A stretch of DNA of 64,000 nt from Ostreococcus lucimarinus (Eukaryota). Position numbers and translations under genes: made by a program. The DNA lies in NCBI GenBank assembly GCA_000092065.1, contig CP000581.1; one strand, written 5' to 3'. Each line of letters begins with the position of its first letter. The stretch's first letter is position 1. The notes beneath the pieces were generated by a model. It did not search any database. It was given only the letters and a program-made list of their open reading frames with translations, and had not been told where the DNA came from. Shown here in pieces: positions 59,684 to 64,000 of the stretch.

Positions 59684-60163
59684 ATGGAGTGCCACCGCGC
59701 GAGCGCGTTGAAGGCGAAACGAGAGCTCGACATGGTGAAAAGGTTGAGAGACGCGGAGCGGGACGAGTTGCGCGCGACGCGCGCGGCGTTGATGGAGATG
59801 AATCGAGACGCGAAGGGAGATGAAGTGAATCGAGTGAAAGAGATGACAGGATTTGAAAATACGATTCGCCATGAGCGCGCGCGGCGAGAGGCGGCAGAAT
59901 CGGAGAGGGATGAGTTGATGGATTTGCTGCATATGGCGCACGCAAAATTGGAGCACGCCGACGCAAAGATTCGCAGTGTCGATCGCATGATTGCGAACGA
60001 CGTGCGGCGAGTATGCGACGCGATCAATGACGAACGCATGCGTTCTATTGACTGCACTGTTTCCAACGTTGGCACGACGCAAACATTACTCGATCGTTTG
60101 TCAGAGTTGTATGAGTCTCGGTTTGCGAAGTCTCGCGAGGCGTTGCGAGAAATTTCAAGCTGA
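59684..60163 (+). CDS. small hypothetical coiled-coil protein; upstream in-frame extension to 59492 has no ATG
   Basis: track ORF 59492..60163 (GTG start); first ATG 59684; heptad-rich. Confidence 0.3.
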   Translation: MECHRASALKAKRELDMVKRLRDAERDELRATRAALMEMNRDAKGDEVNRVKEMTGFENTIRHERARREAAESERDELMDLLHMAHAKLEHADAKIRSVDRMIANDVRRVCDAINDERMRSIDCTVSNVGTTQTLLDRLSELYESRFAKSREALREISS

Positions 60164-60248
60164 GCGCACCATCATTGGATAGGATTGTATTTACAAATAT
60201 GCCGCAACACGGTGGTATTATCGATGGTGAGTCACCCAAGTTTAAGTC

Positions 60249-61841
60249 TTAACTCGCGTCATCGGGTAAGCCAATGATTGCTTGTTTCTCCGCCGCCGTC
60301 TTCTTTTTCTGCACTGAAGTGTGCTTCTTTCGAAGTGTTTGCTCATCCATGTGGAAATCCTTCGGCCAAAGCTCCACAACTTCTTTCCACACCGCGCCGG
60401 CGGTTGCCTTGGAGGTTGCAAAGAAGATACGCACGAGCGTGACGAACATGAGCTCGGCGATTTCCTTCGTCCATTCAAATGTGTAGCTCTCAGACGTCGC
60501 CACTCCTGTTTTGATTCGTTCAGACTCGCGAATCGTTTCGCACTGCTTATCGACCAAAGCCTTGATCTTTGCAAACTCCGCAGCTTTGCCATCGACTATC
60601 TTCTTCCTCGCCTCGGGATGCCTCGGGTCGGTCACGTCAAGGTTGGCGGCGCCACGGGAAGCCGTGGCGTTGGAAGATTTTGTCTTTTGCGAGGAAGAGT
60701 TGACAACCGCAGCCGCGTGCTGCGAACGCCTGGGCGTGCTCAAACCATCCTCTTCACCTTCCTCCTCCTCTTCGTCGTCGTCTGTTTCCTTGACATTCAT
60801 CATCGATGGTGGTTTAGGTGGCACCTTCGGGATGACGATGTCGATCCCGAGCGCCTGCAAATCCTTCTCCATCGCGTCCCATTGTTTGCGCATGCGATGA
60901 GTCGAATACGACTTCAGCTCGGGGTACTCGCCACAATCAAGGATCATCTGCCATCTTTTACCGTACGTCGTCACCGCCTTTCGAAGCGTTTTCTTGGTCT
61001 CCTCCGTCCATTCCACCATCTTGGCTGGCGCCGGCTTCTCCTTCTTCGCCGGGGGTTTGTCGTCAGACGTCATCGCCACATGCTTCACGGGAGTTCGCCC
61101 CTCTTCATCGACCTTTTGCAACTCGCCCTTATTGATGAAGAATCCACTATGTTTGGTTTTTAAGCCATCGTCTTCAAAGTACTCATCCAGTTCGTCGTCG
61201 TCGATGAAATCGTCGTCGACGTCGTACCAGTCCACGTCTCTCTTTCTCTTCGCCTGTTTCTTCTTCTTCGCCGGTTTCCCTTTCTTTTCCTCGGACGACT
61301 TCGCCGCAGGAGGCTGTTCAATACGCTGCGTACCGTTGGGCGTCATCGTCGGCTTATCATCCGGGTCCTCCATTTCACTTCCGGAGTCCTCCTCGTCTCC
61401 GCTCTCTCCGAGCTCGTCGTCGTCGCCCTCGCCTTCTTCACCACTCTCACCCTCTTCATCGCCCTCGTCGTCTTCGTCTTCTTCAGAATCCTCCTCTGAC
61501 CCGTCCTCGTCGTCGTCCTCTTCATCATCGCTCGACGCGTTCCCCGGTCCACCTTGATACAGCGCCTCGATTCTTCGAATCACCGCCGCCATGTGTCCGC
61601 CCCCGCCCGCGCCGCCGCTCTCCAACAAAGATTTCGGCGATTTCATCGCCGCCTCGCTCGCCGTCGCCGTCGCCGACTTCTGCTTCGCTTCCTTCTCCGC
61701 CGACGCGCGCGTCTCCCCGCTCTGCTCCCTCAACAGCTTTTTATAATTCACGCACGGCACGTCTTCGCCGTCGACGTCGAGCAGCTGCACCAACCGCCGC
61801 GGCGCCGCCGGGCTCCCCCCCCCTCGTCTCGCCGGCGTCAT
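60249..61841 (-). CDS. ubinuclein / Hpc2-like HIRA-complex subunit (HUN/Hpc2-related domain) with acidic tracts and a SANT/Myb-like segment
   Basis: DWYDVDDDFIDDDELDEYFEDDGLKTKHSGFFINKGEL (HRD motif), long D/E runs, WTEETKKTLRKAVTTYGKRWQMI; ATG 61841 verified. Confidence 0.6.
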   Translation of the reverse strand: MTPARRGGGSPAAPRRLVQLLDVDGEDVPCVNYKKLLREQSGETRASAEKEAKQKSATATASEAAMKSPKSLLESGGAGGGGHMAAVIRRIEALYQGGPGNASSDDEEDDDEDGSEEDSEEDEDDEGDEEGESGEEGEGDDDELGESGDEEDSGSEMEDPDDKPTMTPNGTQRIEQPPAAKSSEEKKGKPAKKKKQAKRKRDVDWYDVDDDFIDDDELDEYFEDDGLKTKHSGFFINKGELQKVDEEGRTPVKHVAMTSDDKPPAKKEKPAPAKMVEWTEETKKTLRKAVTTYGKRWQMILDCGEYPELKSYSTHRMRKQWDAMEKDLQALGIDIVIPKVPPKPPSMMNVKETDDDEEEEEGEEDGLSTPRRSQHAAAVVNSSSQKTKSSNATASRGAANLDVTDPRHPEARKKIVDGKAAEFAKIKALVDKQCETIRESERIKTGVATSESYTFEWTKEIAELMFVTLVRIFFATSKATAGAVWKEVVELWPKDFHMDEQTLRKKHTSVQKKKTAAEKQAIIGLPDDAS

Positions 61842-62289
61842 CCCGCCCGTCCCGGTCGCGCGCGCGTCGTCCCCCTCCTCTTCCCTCGCCTTCCTTCACG
61901 CCGCGCGCGTCCCGCGCCTCGCCTCCGATCCACCCGCGCGCGTCCCGCGCCTCCGCTAAGCGCGCGCCCCGCGCGTTTCAAACGGATGCGCGCACGAATC
62001 GATTCACGCGGAGCGTCCCCGACGCGCCTGGCGCGCGCGCGCGTCGTCTCGATCCGTCGCCCGCGTCGTCGCGGTTTGCGGCGTCGCGCGCGCGTCGTCT
62101 CGATCCGTCGCGCGCGTCGGTCGTCGTCGGTCGTCGTCGGATGTCGGACGTCGTCGGATGTCGGATCCGTCGTCGGCCGGCGTCGAGTGGCGTCGCGCGA
62201 TCGACGCGATATCGGCGCGTCGCGCGACCGACGCGATATCGGCGCGACGGCGCGGGACGGGACCGGCGACGCGATATCGGATATCGGCG

Positions 62290-62670
62290 CGGCGCGGCGC
62301 GGTCGCGCGCATGGGTGTACGTGTATCGTAAATACGCCTAAAGCGGCCGTATTCGAACGCATCGATGCGGGATCGCGCGTCCACGATCGATCGCGGTCGC
62401 GTCGCGCGCGCGGGCGCGCATGCATTGATTATGGGTGTACGTGTATCGTAAATACGCGACCGCGGCCGTATTCGAACGCATCGATGCGGGATCGCGGATC
62501 CCGGATAGATCGCGGGCGCGTCGCGCGCGCGGTCGCGCATGCGTCGATTATGGGTTTACGTGTATCGTAAATACGCGACCGCGGCCGTATTCGAACGCAT
62601 CGATGCGCGATCGCGCGTCCACGATGGAGCGCGGGCGCGTCGCGCGCGCGGTCGCGCATGCATCGATTCG
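62290..62670. repeat. intergenic minisatellite: ~3.2 tandem copies of a ~120-bp unit, palindrome-rich (CGCATCGATGCG, TTCGAA, TACG..CGTA)
   Basis: unit starts (ATGGGTGTACGTGTATCGTAAATACGC...) at 62311, 62431, 62550 (period 119-120); copies >90% identical. Confidence 0.85.
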
Positions 62671-63169
62671 TGCGTTCGCGACGGGGCGATAGAGTCGGAC
62701 GCGATGGACGCGACGTGCGCGCCGCCGCCGGCGAGACCGAATTGCGATTGCGGTGCGCGCGACGCGACGCTGCGCGACGCGACGGGACGCGGGACGACGC
62801 GACGACGACGCGCGGGCGATCGAGGGTCGAGGGCGCGCGGTCGAGGGCGGGATCTCGACGGCGCGCGAGCGACGGCGCGCGGGACGCGCGCGGGACGCGG
62901 GCGACGGCGACCGCGCGATCGGGGAGTGGGGAGACTGACGGATGCGGTGATCGCGCGCGAGAACAGCGGTGTGCGTGCCGAAGGCGCTGAAAGATGGGGA
63001 TTACGACGCCTCGCTCAAGGGGCCGACGAGCCCGTTTCAGCCGTACAAGCTGGTGAAGGTGGAGTTGGACGGCACGCGAAGACCGCTGACGGCGCAGGAG
63101 CTGAACGCGCTCGAAAAGTCGAATCCGACGGTTTGTGAGTGGCAAACGCCGCTCAGTCAGGCGAAGCGG

Positions 63170-63490
63170 ATGTGGCAGAAGACGTGCGCGGGGATTTTGA
63201 AAAAGTTGTTTACGTACAAAAAGTTGGCGTGGCCGTTTACGGAGCCGGTGGATTGGGAGGTTTTGAACATCCCGGATTACCCGGTCATCATCAAGCATCC
63301 CATGGACTTGAAAACGATCGAGTCGAAGTTGCACGACGGGCACATCGAAAGCCCTGATGAGTTTGTCGCCCTCGTGCGCACGGTTTTCCGTAACGCGTAC
63401 GTGTACAACGCGGTGGGCGATCCCAGCGGCGTTCGCGAGTGCGCGGAGAAGCTCTCGCAAATTTTCGAGAAGGAACTCGCCAAATTGTAA
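63170..63490 (+). CDS. bromodomain protein (minimal model from first ATG; track ORF begins at GTG 62969, so a 5' exon is possible)
   Basis: CAGILKKLFTYKKLAWPFTEPVDWEVLNIPDYPVIIKHPMDLKTIESKL...FRNAYVYN (bromodomain ZA/BC signature). Confidence 0.65.
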   Translation: MWQKTCAGILKKLFTYKKLAWPFTEPVDWEVLNIPDYPVIIKHPMDLKTIESKLHDGHIESPDEFVALVRTVFRNAYVYNAVGDPSGVRECAEKLSQIFEKELAKL

Positions 63491-63567
63491 TACGAAAATA
63501 GAAGAAAATAGAAGAATGATGGCTACATCTCGTACTGCCGTGCTAATTTACTAAAACTACTGCGTTA

Positions 63568-64000
63568 CTACTGAGCGCCGGCGACGTAGAGCGACGCGCT
63601 GAAGACAATGTCGCGTTTAATCGCCGCGCTCGCTTCTTCCATTTTCGCGAACAAGGTGCTATCGCCCATGATTCTCGCCGCGTTCCTCACGTCGCGGCAC
63701 ATTTCATCGAGTCGAACGATGGTGCGAACGACGCTTCCCTCTTGCACGTCGGTGAGCTGACAGATGTCCGCGAACGGCGTGCCGCGCGCCCACTCGTAGA
63801 CGACTTCGGATAAACCAAAGCGCATGGTCGTCTCTACGAATTCATCAGGCGCAATCGGTAGACCATGTGCCATCTGTATCTCGCCGGCGGCAAACGCTAG
63901 CTCTTTCGCGCGATCACACGCCGCTTTGAGCGAGCCTTCGAGGTTGGGCGGGGAAGCATTCTTTTCTTGAAAGACGAGCGCCGCGAGAAGCGCCACGGCT
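63568..64000 (-). CDS. 3' end of a Ski2/Mtr4-type RNA helicase gene (DSHCT C-terminal domain), partial - continues beyond window end
   Basis: ...EVVYEWARGTPFADICQLTDVQEGSVVRTIVRLDEMCRDVRNAARIMGDSTLFAKMEEASAAIKRDIVFSASLY matches the DSHCT consensus; stop at 63568. Confidence 0.65.
   Translation of the reverse strand, partial: AVALLAALVFQEKNASPPNLEGSLKAACDRAKELAFAAGEIQMAHGLPIAPDEFVETTMRFGLSEVVYEWARGTPFADICQLTDVQEGSVVRTIVRLDEMCRDVRNAARIMGDSTLFAKMEEASAAIKRDIVFSASLYVAGAQ

Noticed and set aside
62290-62670. Possibility that the 120-bp repeats are a CRISPR array
   Set aside because: Units are directly adjacent with no unique spacers, unit length is far above CRISPR repeat size, there are no cas genes, and the whole window is eukaryotic.
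61554-63460. Long ORFs 61554..62570 (+), 62429..63460 (-), 62539..63138 (+) spanning the repeat-rich intergenic region
   Set aside because: Arg-rich low-complexity translations of GC-rich repetitive DNA; they overlap one another on opposite strands and contain the 120-bp minisatellite, so they are not credible genes.
1-64000. Search for mobile elements, prophage or prokaryotic defence/secretion systems
   Set aside because: No transposase, integrase, reverse transcriptase, capsid or terminase-like ORFs, no LTR/TIR structures and no operon-like co-directional clusters; gene content is ordinary eukaryotic housekeeping with introns and a pol III tRNA gene.

Overview
This window reads as eukaryotic nuclear DNA, not a prokaryotic or phage locus. 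It is GC-rich (about 60-65 % overall, with AT-richer islands) and very gene-dense, with roughly 45 protein-coding genes on both strands. Intergenic spacers are mostly 30-500 bp, most genes are intronless, and a few carry short spliceosomal introns. Several recognisable products point to a compact green-algal (Viridiplantae, prasinophyte-like) genome. These are SnRK2-type kinase, NOL-type chlorophyll(ide) b reductase, a BPA1-like RRM protein, sucrose-phosphatase-like HAD, a TPR+PB1 'Phox'-like protein, and TGTAA-like motifs just past several stop codons. This lineage call is an inference.

Recognisable genes include NDOR1/Tah18-like diflavin reductase, condensin CAP-H, CDK11-like kinase, a DEAH-box helicase, SF3A1, CHIP/STUB1, V-ATPase proteolipid, a TMX2-like thioredoxin protein, IscU, a DAG-lipase-like lipase_3 protein, UFL1, PIG-M, a GST, UBLCP1, a SpoU methylase, a ubinuclein/Hpc2-like protein, a bromodomain protein and the 3' end of a Ski2/Mtr4-type helicase. 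One nuclear tRNA-Val(AAC) gene carries an unusually long (~110 nt) intron followed by a pol III T-tract.

The ORF track accepts non-ATG starts (TTG/GTG shown as 'M'). Many track ORFs therefore carry spurious GC-rich, Arg/Ala/Pro-rich N-terminal extensions, and I trimmed those to the first plausible ATG.

I found no transposase, integrase or reverse-transcriptase ORFs, no CRISPR array, no rRNA and no prokaryotic defence-system architecture. The most unusual objects are:
- a 4.3-kb AT-richer gene for a giant coiled-coil protein with a C-terminal CBM20-like starch-binding module that contains a ~1.1-kb array of near-identical nested tandem repeats;
- a 3 x ~120-bp palindrome-rich minisatellite inside an atypically long (1.1 kb) GC-rich divergent intergenic region;
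- two contrasting intron classes side by side: short AT-rich introns in an AT-richer multi-intron gene versus 100-190-nt GC-rich introns in IscU and the BPA1-like gene;
- an E2F-like motif cluster in the divergent promoter feeding the condensin gene.

Coordinates found by hand may be off by 1-2 nt.
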